Shown here in pieces: positions 24,307 through 38,054 of a DNA stretch of 64,000 nt. The notes beneath the pieces were generated by a model, which saw only the letters and a program-made list of their open reading frames with translations, searched no databases and was not told the origin of the DNA. The DNA lies in assembly GCA_000388065.2 (NCBI GenBank), contig KB932201.1, one strand, 5' to 3'. Source of the stretch: Fonticula alba ATCC 38817. Lineage: Eukaryota > Protista > Nucleariida. Each line of letters starts with the position of its first letter. Position 1 is the stretch's first letter. A program made the position numbers and the translations under genes.

Positions 24307-24354
24307 CTAGTTCACCTTCGGCAACCCGGACAAGCCCCTGGTCATCTACATTGG
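23259..24354 (+). CDS. Same GT4 SQD2-like glycosyltransferase: N-terminal half, truncated by a gap
   Basis: MRVLLYSTAIYPKVDGVANRVKHHIRALV|ALGHQVLVLCP...FRPDIIHFIGP...|YYKVPILVSYHFYV...ADLVICPS...WPPAVD..QFSP. Phase-0 introns. The last 446 bp are identical to 21097-21542. Confidence 0.85.
23909..24354 (+). repeat. 446-bp direct repeat of 21097-21542 (offset 2,812 bp); a third 35-bp copy lies at 25168-25202
   Basis: Direct comparison shows identical sequence, including the length of the CA tract. Each copy abuts an N-gap. Confidence 0.95.
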
Positions 24355-25405
24355 NNNNNNNNNNNNNNNNNNNNNNNNNNNNNNNNNNNNNNNNNNNNNN
24401 NNNNNNNNNNNNNNNNNNNNNNNNNNNNNNNNNNNNNNNNNNNNNNNNNCCCCCCCCCCCCCCCCCGAGCCCCCTCCCATATGTCGCCCTGTGAGTGTGT
24501 CCATATCCGAGCCCATGCCCCCACTGTGGTGTGCCCTACCATGTGCCCGGTGCCCCGTGTGACGGCGCACATCTGCACGCACATTTCGCATCCCGCGATA
24601 CGCCCGCCGCGCGCTGGGGGCGGGCCTCTTTCTCCCTCCGCCCCCCCCCCTCCCCCCCTCTCCCCTCAATGCCTGAGCCCCCGGTGAATGGGCACTTGCG
24701 TTCAAGTCAGACCAACTGCCAATCAAATAGATGAATAACATTCTGTCTGTCACGTGTGGTGTGTCCATGTCACGACGCTCTCCTGATCACCGCATGGTTG
24801 TCGCCCATCCTCCCCAATCTGTCCTCCCTCCGGGGAGGGGGGCGCGCGCGCGGGGGGATGGCGGGGTGTCTCTTTCTTTGTTCGGGGTCTTTCGCCTTTC
24901 TCCGTCCTCCCTGGCTTCCGCGGCACGCGGCGCACGGCGGCACGCACATGGGCCCCGGCGGGGCGGCTTGGCCGTTCGGCATTCGAGAATCCGACCGCAG
25001 CCCAGTGTCACAGGCCGTGGAGGGGGGGGGGCGTGCGGGCGCGAGGTCGGGCGATGGCCGTTCGGCCACGCGCCACGCATCCATCCCGGGTGGTGGGAGC
25101 CGATGCGCCAGGACCGAGGAAGCCCTGGCGGAGGATCGCACCCATGCAGCCCACGCGTGGTCCCCCCCCGGGCCTTCCTCAACAGCATGCCCTTCCCCAT
25201 GCNNNNNNNNNNNNNNNNNNNNNNNNNNNNNNNNNNNNNNNNNNNNNNNNNNNNNNNNNNNNNNNNNNNNNNNNNNNNNNNNNNNNNNNNNNNNNNNNNN
25301 NNNNNNNNNNNNNNNNNNNNNNNNNNNNNNNNNNNNNNNNNNCCCCCCCCGTCTCTCCTTTCCCCGTCATTGTTGCCACCTTCGCCACCGTTCGTCAGTC
25401 GCACC

Positions 25406-27445
<2,040 letters not shown>

Positions 27446-28341
27446 GGGAGAGAAGGAGCAGCCCGGCCGTGTGAGGGGCCGGGAGGGCTGTTACGAGCCC
27501 TCCCGGGCCCTCTGCGCCCGCCCTCCGGCCGCCGCTTGCCGCTGTGTCTGGCAGCACGGCCTACCCTGCAGCCGGCCGGCGCCGCCCGGCCATTGCCTCA
27601 CAGAGTGCGCTTGTGTGCACATACCCACGCACACATACCCAAGCACGCGCACAAGAAAAAACACACACATAGCATTTGCACAAAGGCAGGCGTGTCTGGC
27701 GCTGCCGCCCCCCCCCCCTCTCTCTCCCTGTCGAGGGCCAGCCCATCCTCTCCTGTCCCCTCCTCCTCCTCTCGGGCGCCAGAGAGAGAGAGCGAGAGAG
27801 GGAGGGGCGGGGGGTGGGCGAGAAAATACACACTGAATTGCCCCCCTGAATGGGTGATCGTTGGCAGATCGCCCGTGCCGTCGTTCTCGGTCGGGGAAAG
27901 CTCGCTCAACGAGCGGGCGGGCGGACGAGCGAGAGAGAAAGAAAGGGCGGCGGGGCGAATGGGAACAGAGGGAGGGAGACCCCTCACCACAGGGGAGAAA
28001 AGGAGCTGCGGCGCGAATAAGAGGTCTCTGGGGGGGGGGGGGGCAGGAGGGGGAGAAATGCCCCCCCGCCCCGCGGGCGTGCCTGACAGGGAGGGGGCCG
28101 GGCGGCTGACCTGCCCAGGCGAAGCCAGCGCCCGGGGCTTGAACTCTGTGTTTGTTTGCTTTTTCACCGGCACGAGAGGACCCGCCCCAGGGTCTGTTGG
28201 GCGACCCCGCGGCGCATGCATGCCTGCCCGTCTGCCTTCTCCCCCAGCGCCCTTTCCCCTCCCCCCTGCCCTCCTGCCTCCCTGTATTCCATCCATCCCC
28301 CTGCGTCCCCGCCTCCTCCCCCCCTCCGCTGGTTGTCAGCC

Positions 28342-28596
28342 ATGACCGAGGCATTTCCTCTGTCGAGGTTTCCGCCCTCCACGCCGGCCGGCATGCCGAT
28401 CGCCAAGCCCTCGGCCTCGCTTCGGGAAACCATCATCCGCTTGGCTCTGCTCTGTGTGAGCATCATCATGAATGGGTCATTCTTCATTCGTTCGGAGGAT
28501 CGCGGCGGTCCGGCCAGCGTGTGGAAGAAGGCTGCCATTGTTGCCGCCGCGGCCAGCATCCTGCTCGCCATCAGGCGCGCAAATGGGGCTGCCTAA
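28342..28596 (+). CDS. Candidate 84-aa small membrane protein
   Basis: Intronless ATG..TAA ORF after a C/T-rich leader, with two hydrophobic segments (IIRLALLCVSIIMNGSFFI; AAIVAAAASILLAI). No family recognised. Confidence 0.3.
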   Translation: MTEAFPLSRFPPSTPAGMPIAKPSASLRETIIRLALLCVSIIMNGSFFIRSEDRGGPASVWKKAAIVAAAASILLAIRRANGAA

Positions 28597-29135
28597 GTCC
28601 ACGTAAGGGCCGTCCCTCCCCCCCCCCCCCTCCCCCCTTTGCCTCGCCTTACCACCTTGGGTGCTGGTTCTCTTGGGCCGCGCGCCGTCGGCTGCCACCA
28701 CATCTCGAGCGGACAGATGAACACGACCCCAAGCCCCCCAAAAAGAGGAGACACACATCCACACCCGCACAGGCAGAAGAGCACTCAACTCGGCAGGGTG
28801 GGACACAGCCGCCATGGACCAGAGGGAAAGGAGGGGGGGGGGGCAGGGGAAGGCACGTGTGGAATGCTCCATTCTAGGTGACAATGTGCGAATCGACAAC
28901 GGCAGAGGCCGGTCTTCTGGGGGGAAGAGAGGGAGGGAGGAGGTGACGCTACGCAGCCGGCGCCCGGGTGTGACTGAGGGAACCTGGCGCACGGTGGCAA
29001 TGCCACCACAAGGGCAGAAGGACAGAGACAAGGGGGGAAGGGAGGGGGGGGGGGAGAGAGAGAGAGAGAGGGAAAAAAACGAGGGAGGTGGGGAAGGGCC
29101 AGCACGGCGGAGTCCAAACACCATGGCCATCTCTC

Positions 29136-29885
29136 TCACCGGAGATTGATCACCACAAAGGAGGCCTGACTGATGTCCTGAACCGGGGGAACACCAGACG
29201 CGGGGCCGGACGCCAAGGCTCCATCAGCGATGCCGGTGCCGGCGTCGGCGGCCGAAAGCGCGGGCGATGACGGCTCCGACCCACCGACCGAGGAGGATGC
29301 CACCGAGGGAGCCGGGGTGACGACCTGAGGCCCAGTCGGGAGGGCGCCCGTGGAAACCGGTGCGGGCCCCGAAGCCGGCCCGGCGGCCACCGGCGACACG
29401 CCGCCCGAGGCCGGGGTGGAAGGGACACCACCGGCGGCCGCGGCAGGCGCCGCCGCCGCCGCCGCCACCGCGCCGCCCCCAACCGAAGCACTGGCAGACT
29501 CGGTGCCACTGGCACCGGAATCCGCATGGCCGATGATCTCAACGACAAAGTCCTGCTCGTCCTCGAAGCTCTCGATCATGCGGTCGTCCACCTGCACGGT
29601 GAGCCCCTTCCGGGTGATGCGGTTGATCGACTGGATGGGCGGCAGGAGCTCGTAGCGCTCGGAGATCTTCCGCCGGAGGTCGTCCAGCGTCAGGCGCTCA
29701 AGGAAGATGGCATTGTACACCTGGTCGCCGGAACGCTTCAGCAGAAGACAGAGAACCGGGCGCTTCTTGCGACCGAGGCCGCCGCCGACGCCGGTCGGAG
29801 CGTCGGCATCCAGGGCCAGATCCCCAATGCCGGAGAGGTCAAGGCTTCGGCGCTGTGGCACAACGCAAGCGCACACACACACACA

Positions 29886-29920
<35 letters not shown>

Positions 29921-31996
29921 ATATGCATGACAGGAAGAGGAGGGGAACAGAAGGGAGGCGAGTCAGCACACACAAGCACACAAGGAGACACAGAGGGGGA
30001 GAGAGAGAGAGAGAGAGAGAGGAAGGGAGGGAGGACAGGCGAAGGAGAAAGGACGGAGGGGAGCGGGGAAGGATGAAGGAGGGCTGGCAGGGGAGAGGCG
30101 GCATGACCCCATGGGAGCCAGCCAGGCGCGCAAGAGGGGACAGCCACGCACCGAGCTCTGGTCTAGCAGGGTGGCATCCGCCAGCGACGGAGACAAGAAG
30201 GCCGAGCTGGGCGGCAAGTGCGGCGAAGCCATGCCCGGGCCGGAAGAAAGGAACTTCGACAGGGAGGAGGCAGCCACGGCGGACACAGCATGTGAAGGCG
30301 TGCGCAGGCGCTGACCAGCAAGGCCGCCAGCGGCCGTGATGGCGGCAAGGGAGCCGCCTTCGCCGGAGCCGGAGCCCAACAGGCCGCCGGGTCGCTGCTG
30401 CCCCGGATAGCCGCCGCCCAGGCCGTAGTGCGAGGAGGACGAGGAGGAGGAAGCCGAGGAAGAAGAGAGGTGGTGGCCATGGCCGGCGCCGGCCGAATGC
30501 GGCCCATGCGGATGCCCAGCCGCACCGCCGCCGCCGCCGCCATGGTGGTGGTGGTGGTGGTGGTGCGCGTGATGCGCATGGTGGTGAGAGTGGAGGGCAT
30601 GCGGGTGGCCGGCCGGGGCAAGGGCATCGGCCGAGCCACCCGGACCGATGGCCGCGTCGCCGGCCACGCCGCTGCCGCCACGCCCGGCCCCAGGGCCGCC
30701 GGCCAGGCCGGCTGCCGCGCCATCCAGGCCCGAGGAGATCGGCATCCGCGCCGGCATCAGGACAATGAGATCCTGCAAATTGCCATCATCGAGGATGCGC
30801 GCGCGGCGCTCCAGCACAAAGCGCGTCGTCGGCAGGGACACCCGCAGCAGCAGGGCCAGGGTCGCCTCATTCGGAACCGGGGAAGTGGACCGGCCGCCGT
30901 TGTTGGCGCCGGCGCCGGCGCCATTGCCGCCGCCGGCGCCGGCTCCACCACCAGTGACCGAGGCATTCAGCACACAGGCGGCCGTACCGCCGCTGGCAAC
31001 CTTCTCCTTGATGAGCTGCTGCTGCGCTCGCAGGGCGGCCGCCGCGGCCGGGTTCTCACGGGAGAGGATCTCCAGCCGGCGATCGGCGGCCTTCTGGTCG
31101 TCACGGTTCTTGCGCTGGGCACCCTTGTCGCGGAAGATCTGCACCCGGCAGTGGCTGCTCTCGAAGATGTTGTCTTTGCGGTCCTCGGTGTCCGCCTGCA
31201 GGCGGAGGTGGATCCCCCGCGCGCCCTTGGTCCGGCTGAACTCCGTGCTCAGGCAGTTGAGCTTGATGACCACCTTGGCCGGGCGGAGGCCATGCCACTG
31301 GAAGGACACCCCATCGAAGTCGGACGTGGTGTCGATGTGGCGAATGTTCTCCGAGGCAGCCTTGTCGATTTCCATCGGCCGAGCCGACCGTGAGGACTGC
31401 TGCACCAGCCACAAATGCCAGTTGTCGTGGCGCTCCAGCCGGTGCAGCGGGTCGTGGAAGCCCACTCGAAGGACCGTGTGGTAGGTGGTGTCACGCTGCT
31501 CCGGGTCCGAGAAGTTCACCGCATAGTACTGGCCCTTGTTCAGGTAGGACAGCGGCGCGTCTTCCACGGTGGCCGGGATGGTGGCAGTACTGACGTCCAT
31601 GACGACATTGAAGCGGAGGGGCCTGTCAAGATGGACAGGTAAAGAGCCATACGAGGGGGGAATGGTGGGGGAGGGGGAGAGGGGGAGAGGGGGAGAGGAA
31701 GAAAGAGAGAGAGAGAGACTGGTAAGTGCACTTGCCGGAGATGGTGGGAAAAAAAACAGGCGCCCCCAGACAATGACGAGGAGCAACACAACGCCGGAAG
31801 ACGGAGCACGCACTGCGGGACGGTCTTCGAGGGAGGAGGCTGGCCCTCGGCCATGACATAGGAGGGCCGATTGCCGGCGAAGCCCCCCATCGAGGCGTCA
31901 GAAGGCCCGTCGGCCCCGGCCGGCCAATCCGCCGGTGAGTCGTCATCCGGGACCGACCCATTGCCAGCAGCCGCAGCCGCAGCCGATGCGGAGGAG

Positions 31997-32031
<35 letters not shown>

Positions 32032-32332
32032 GGCCGAAGGGCCATGGCCAGCCTCGCCAGCAGCATCGGGCCCGGTGGCCGAAACGGACATAGACGCTGG
32101 GTGCTGCCCGGCGAAGTGCCCGCCACCGGGCGCCGCGGCCGAGGCACCGCCAGCCGAGCCATGCATGAACATGGAAGGGAAGCCCGAGCCAAAGGAGATC
32201 GAGGACAGTGGAAGCCCGGCAAACGCCGCGCCAACCGAGGCATACGGATTGCCGGCCGCCCCGACTGCCGGGCCGCCCGGGCCACCGGCAGGCATGTTCC
32301 ACATGCTCGAATGGGGGCCGGTCTGAGAGGCT

Positions 32333-32364
<32 letters not shown>

Positions 32365-33906
32365 AGATGAGTAGTACTCCGAGGGGTGGTGCTCAGCACC
32401 CGGGGGGAAATGCCCGCCACCGGCAACTGAGCCGCCATACACCATGCCGCCGCCGGTGGCCGCGGCCGCGGCCGCTGCTGCCGCCGCCGCCGCCGCCGCC
32501 GATGGCGGCATGTTGGGCGAGGCAAATACCCCGCCGACCGGCGCCGGGAAACCGGCATCCGCCGACCCGACACCCGGGGGAGCCGGAGACATGGACATTT
32601 GCCCGCGCCCACGAGAGCGCGCCCCGCGGGCCATTCCCGCCGAAGGGTGGCGGAAGCCGCTGGACGGGCGCATGGTGCCCCCGCGGCCGGCACGCATGGC
32701 CGCGCTGCCGCCGCTTCCGCCGGCGCCGCCACCCGGCGAGGAGGGGTTGGAGGAGCCATCATCCGGCTCCTCCTTGGGAGGAAGCGAGGCGGCCGCCTGG
32801 ATGGCCGCGGCCGACTGTGTCAAGGACGCGGCCGCCGCGCTGGCCGCCGCCGCGGCCACTTCCGAACTCCGGACCTTCTTGGTGGAAGAGTAGCCGACGG
32901 CCGGGCCGCTCGGGCCGCCCGGGCCACCGGCCCCCACGGCCCCGGGCTGGTCGAATTGATCGCTCGACGTGGCGGCCGGGGCATCCTGCCCGGCAGCCGA
33001 GGAATGGTGCGGACGCCGGGGGCGCTCGGCCACCGGGGCAACCCCCGCCGAAAGGGCTGGAGCCCCGGCGGCTCCGCGTGTGGAAACCGGGGCCCGCGCC
33101 ACCGCGGCCGGGCGGCCGCCCGAGGCCTTGGCCGCCGGGGTGGCCGTCACGGCCAGGGGGACAGCCACGCCCGCCGCCGGCGAGGGAGTATCCTCCATCA
33201 GCAGCCCGGGGCTGGCCTGGCGCGAGTTGCCCTGCGAGTGGTCCGAGCGGCTGTCCATGGCGTCGAGATCATCCGGGCCCGTTGCCGAGTGACCCGCCTG
33301 GCGGTCAAGGTCGTCTTCGTCTGCCGGCGAGGCAGCATCATCCAGTGACGGAGGGGGAAGAAGCAGGGAGTCCAAATTGTCGGTCGAGGCGTTAGGCCGG
33401 GGAAGTTGGTCGCTACTGAAGGGGAAAAGAGAACCGCTGTGGCTGCCGCTGAAGCTGTCACCATCGCCGCCACCGCCACCACCACCACCACTGCCGCCAC
33501 CGCCGGGGAGCCCCTCCGTGAAGGAAAAGGCCTCCCCCGAGGGCGCCCCCCCCAAGGAGGAGAGCGAATAGCTGGCGGCGGGCGAACCTGGAGCACCGCC
33601 CGAGGGCAGGAAGATGTGCGGCGCATTGCCATGGGCATGCTGCTGGTGCTGGGCATGCTGCTGGCCGGGGGTCGAGGAGGGTGGCTGCTGCGAGTACGCA
33701 TGATGCGGGTGATGGGGATGATGGGCCCCGGCCGGGATGGGCCCCGACGAGGGGAAGGGGTGGTGGTGCCCGGCCGAGGGGCCGGATTGCGGCGAAAAGG
33801 GATGATGATGGGGATGATGATGGGGATGATGGTGACCCGGGGCACCGATGGCCATGCTGCCAGGCTGCGAGGAGTAGGGGTGATGCGCGCCGGTGGCTGC
33901 CGCCGC

Positions 33907-33937
<31 letters not shown>

Positions 33938-35309
33938 GAATGGTGGTGCGCATGAAGCGGGGCATGGACCGCCGCTGCCGCCGCCGCCGCTGCCATGTAT
34001 GCTCCCATGTGGGGGCCAGACGTGCCGCCGGTGCTCCCGCCATACAGATCATGCCCGGGCGAGGTGAGATACCCGTGAGTGGACAGGAGGACCGGATGCG
34101 CCAGGGCCCCGGAGTGCGAGAGCCCATGATGCCCATGGTAAGACCCATGGCCATGATGGCTGCCATGGTAGGCACCATGCGAAAGGGCCGCCGTGTGGTG
34201 GGCCCCGGACCCGGTGGCCCCACTGCCCGAGAGGTAGCCGGCCGCCCCGGCAGGGGACAACGGAACCAAGTGCCCGACGATGCCGGACTTGCTGCTGGCA
34301 TGGTGGCCACCATGGTGGTAGGGGCTGTGCGATAGGCCGGTCCCGGAGATGCCATCATGCCCGCCGAGGGAATAGCGCCGGCTGGGAACCGGAGACGGGG
34401 GACCGGCGAGATCGCCGCCGGCACCGGCGTCGATGCCGGTCGACATCTCGGGCGATCCGCCCTCATCCTCATCCCCGGCGGACGGGAGGTCGGCATCGCC
34501 ATCGATGCCGGCATCCCCCGGAGGAGGGGGGGACGATCCACCGTCATAAACCGCCGGCACGATGGCCGAAGAGGAGGACGAGGCCGAGGCACCGGCCGAG
34601 GACCCGACCTCATGCCCCATGAAGGCCGAGTAGCCGTGTGCCTGAGGACCCCCGGCACCCGAGGACCCCATCGGCCCGGGGTACTGCACCAGCAGTGGAT
34701 GATGGTGCGGGTGATGGTGCGGGTGATGATGCGGGTGCGAGGACATTTGCATGTAGGGCAAGTGGTGGGAGGTGGCGCCGCCGCCGCCGGCCCCGGTGGC
34801 CAGGCGCCCGGCCGACGCCCCGCCATACAGGTGCCCGCCGGGCTGCTGGTGCCCGGCCGAGGAGTGCGGACGAAGCAGGCCGTGCGCCCCGCCGGCATGG
34901 TGTGCCGACACGGTGGACAGCGGGTGCGAGAAGGGCCCGCTGGAGCCGAGAGAGGTCCCCTTGCCGGTGTGGCGGCCTGTTGCCCGGTGCAAAGGACGGG
35001 GAGGAAGAGAGGGAGGGAGGGAGGGGGGGGGGGAGGGCAGGGAGAAAGAGAGAAGCCGGGATCAGCGACGGCCAGGGCAGAATGGGCATGACAGACGCAT
35101 GGGGGAAGCGCACTGGAGACACCATCTTCAGAGTCGCCGGCAACAGGGTGCTCAGCGAGCACGTCCTCCGAGTGTACGGGCTGCAAGTCCTCCAGGTGCA
35201 CATCGGTCTCATCGATCCCACGATAGTGAGAGAGGAGATCGACGTTGGAGTTGGATGCAAGGCTCAGGTCATCATTCTCGTGCTCGTCCGAATAGTCGGC
35301 GGGATACAT
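29136..35309 (-). CDS. CP2 (Grainyhead/LSF) family transcription factor, ~1,845 aa, 4 exons
   Basis: CP2 DNA-binding domain LSYLNKGQYYAVNF...LNCLSTEFSRTKGARG...CRVQIFRDKGAQRK, plus the C-terminal ubiquitin-like domain VYNAIFLERLTLDDLRRKIS...GLTVQVDDRMIESF. Introns 29853-30151, 31623-31813 and 34977-35122 give an intact 5,538-nt frame. Confidence 0.9.
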
Positions 35310-38040
35310 TCTCTATTGGGCGAGTGGGGGTTGAGAAAAGGGGGGGGGGGGAGAACCAAGACAGGGGANNNNNNNNNNNNNNNNNNNNNNNNNNNNNNNN
35401 NNNNNNNNNNNNNNNNNNNNNNNNNNNNNNNNNNNNNNNNNNNNNNNNNNNNNCCGAGACAGGACGAAGGGGGGGGGGAGGAGGGCAGGTGCACGGCAGG
35501 TCCCACGGACACCCGGCAACAAGGTGCGGGCAGTTTTGTAGACACGGCCGGGGATCCCGCGCGCACGCGCGCGCGCGCTCCCGAGCCGGACCGCGCCGCA
35601 GACGGGCAAGGGGGCGCGCAGGGGGGGGGGGGCACAACCTCCGATTCTCGGCGGGCCCAGTGGACGGTGTGCGTCCTGGTATAGCGCAGGACGCCCGAGG
35701 GCCTCTCCACCCGGACGCCCAGGTTAGCAGGGCCGCAAGGGCGGGCTACGTGTGCCCGGGCGACGCCGCGGTGCTGGGGGCCGTGTACTTCCCGCTTGTG
35801 TTCCCCGCAGCCGGTGGCGGCAGCGGCCTGGAGGAAGGGGGGGGGGCGGAACACATGCCCGCGCGGGGCCGGGTGGGCATCCCCCAGCCGAACTTGACAT
35901 ACGCGCCGACGCCGCGGGGGGTGCGGGCAGGGGGAGGGGGGGGGGGGGCGGCGGACCGCGAAAGGTCGAAAAGCGCGCAACGGGTGTTGAAACGCTCGGG
36001 GCCGCGACGACCGCATGCTCGGCCGGGCCCGCGCGCCCCCGGGAAGGGGGGCGGGAGACGTGGGGAACCGGAGCAGGGGCTCCCACAAACCGACATTCGC
36101 ATTGGGCGCCCCAACTATGCAACCGGCGCCACAGCGGCGAGAATGGGGACCTTGCGTCGTCAGAGCGGGGCACCTTTCATGGCGCGGATGACGAACGCAC
36201 CGGCTGTCGAGCGGGCCCCGGACCTGTAAGGCCTCCGGGCCGGCGCGCAATCAACCTCTCGTAAGGCCGAGGGCGGGGGGCGGGGCAAAAAACGGCCAGC
36301 GGCATATCGGGGCACCGCTCTCGGCCGGCGCGTGTGGGGGAGGGGGGAGGGGGGACACGAACAGTATCCCCCAGAGTCGCACACTGCTCGCCTGGGGGGG
36401 GGGGAACAAGCAGCCCCCAGCCTGGCCCGGCCCAGCGCCGGTGGACACTCACGGGGTGGGGGGGGGGGGCGCACGCCCGCGCGGAAGGCCCGCATGGGTG
36501 CCTCCCCGGAACTTGGCCGGGCGAAACACGAAGCTCCCCCACCGCCACCGCGGGAGGGGCGCGCCCGGCGGACAAAATGGGCTACGGCTCGACCGATGGC
36601 GGGGCCCTTTCCAGAGGCCACTCGCACGAACCGGACCCGGCGGCGAGCCGGGAGCGGGGCCCGGCCAGGCCGCATACAGCGGAAGCCCTCGGCCGAGAGT
36701 GGGGGTGCCCTCGTGTGCCGGGCGCGTGGGTCCGGGGGCGAAAGGGGGGGGGGGGGGGAGGGACATTGTGTGCACACCGCGACCACTGCCGCCACCGCCG
36801 CGAGGACGCTTTAGGACAGGGCCCGGCCGACGGCGGGCATCCCGCGCGGCGCACCTCGCCGCGCGGATACACATTAATCAAGCGCGCCCAGGACGCCTCC
36901 CCCGGCGCCCGGCGCCATGGCCAGATGCCCTCCGGGCGGCCGGCGGGTCGGCCCCCAACAACCAACACCCGCTAAGTGGCCTCTTGCCGGTGCTTATGCA
37001 CCCCCGCCCCCGCACGCATGCAGCGCCTCCTGGGCCATGTGCCTCAGCGTCTCACCGGCGTCCCGCGTTCCGCCCCCACCCGAGACCAGACCGACACACA
37101 GCCAAACAGCCACACACAGACCCAGGAAGCATGTTCGCACGGCACCCCGCACGGCCCTCTGCGTTGCACCCCGCTCCCACCCCTGGGACGACGGACCATG
37201 TTCGAAGGGCGCCCGGGGAAGAGGGGGGTTCACGCACTTTCAGGGTCCTGCGGCGCCCCGCCCGCGGACTGCGGGCCGGCCGCGTCCGCCCGCCCGCCCG
37301 GCATCTCGAGCGCAACTGGATCTCATTTCCCAGAACAGACATCGATCAGACCGCGCCCCGGATGCGCACAGGCAGGTGTGCCGCCCTCCCCCCCCCCTCC
37401 GGGGAAGAACAGACGGTTGCCTCGAAGGCACCGGACGCGTCGCTGCGTGTTTGTTCTTCCGCCAGCCTCTCTTTTCCCTTCGGCCGGCCCCGGCTGGTCC
37501 TCCCCCAAAGGCCGCCGTGGGTAGCGCGCGCCGCAACTCCCACGCGCTCTACACACGCCCCCTGTGGGGCGACACTGTTGCCAACGGTCTCGCCAACAGT
37601 GGCCCTCGCAGCCCATTCTTTCATTGGCCCGACGGGAAAACGGGGGCTTTTCTCGAGCGCACTCGCTCCCCCCGTCTTTTCTACTGCCGACCGCTTCCTC
37701 CCCCCCCCCCCCGGCCCTTCCCTCGACAACATGCCACCGTGCGCACAAAAACCGCGTCCGGCCAGGAGTGCACCAGGCTCTTCCATTTCACGGGCGCCCC
37801 CGGGGGCACCCCGGCACCGAGGTGCACATGAGGATGGCGAGAAAGTGCGCACCCGCACCGAGCAAGCGCTCCGTTTATCGCCCCCCCCCCCGTTCCTGCA
37901 CTTCTCACGGCTGGCGCAGGCTCCTCGCCGTTGTACTCCTCGCGGCCCCCTCTCCCCCCGCGAGGAGTGGCATGCGCACAGGCACGCAGCACGACCAGGC
38001 AACTACCAGGGGGCTGGGCCGGTCAAGCGGGGTCCGCCGC

Positions 38041-38047
38041 AAAAAAA
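38041..38047 (-). terminator. RNA polymerase III terminator (T7) of the tRNA-Arg gene
   Basis: ATATTTCTTTTTTT follows the discriminator base directly on the minus strand. Confidence 0.85.
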
Positions 38048-38054
38048 GAAATAT

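Noticed and set aside
24749-24756. E-boxes GTCACGTG upstream of KRR1 and TCACGTGA (61460-61467) upstream of DHX57, suggestive of a Myc-type ribosome-biogenesis regulon
   Set aside because: CACGTG is expected about 20 times in this window, and the KRR1 site is separated from the gene by an unreliable join and a gap.
24771-24788. 16/18 match to the adapter sequence CACGACGCTCTTCCGATC
   Set aside because: It has two mismatches and no flanking tandem duplication, unlike the three exact remnants; left unresolved.
27851-27919. Two small hairpins (GGTGATC/GATCGCC and GCTCGCTC/GAGCGGGC) resembling an ncRNA
   Set aside because: No snRNA, snoRNA, SRP or tRNA motifs were found, and short stems arise readily at about 70% GC.
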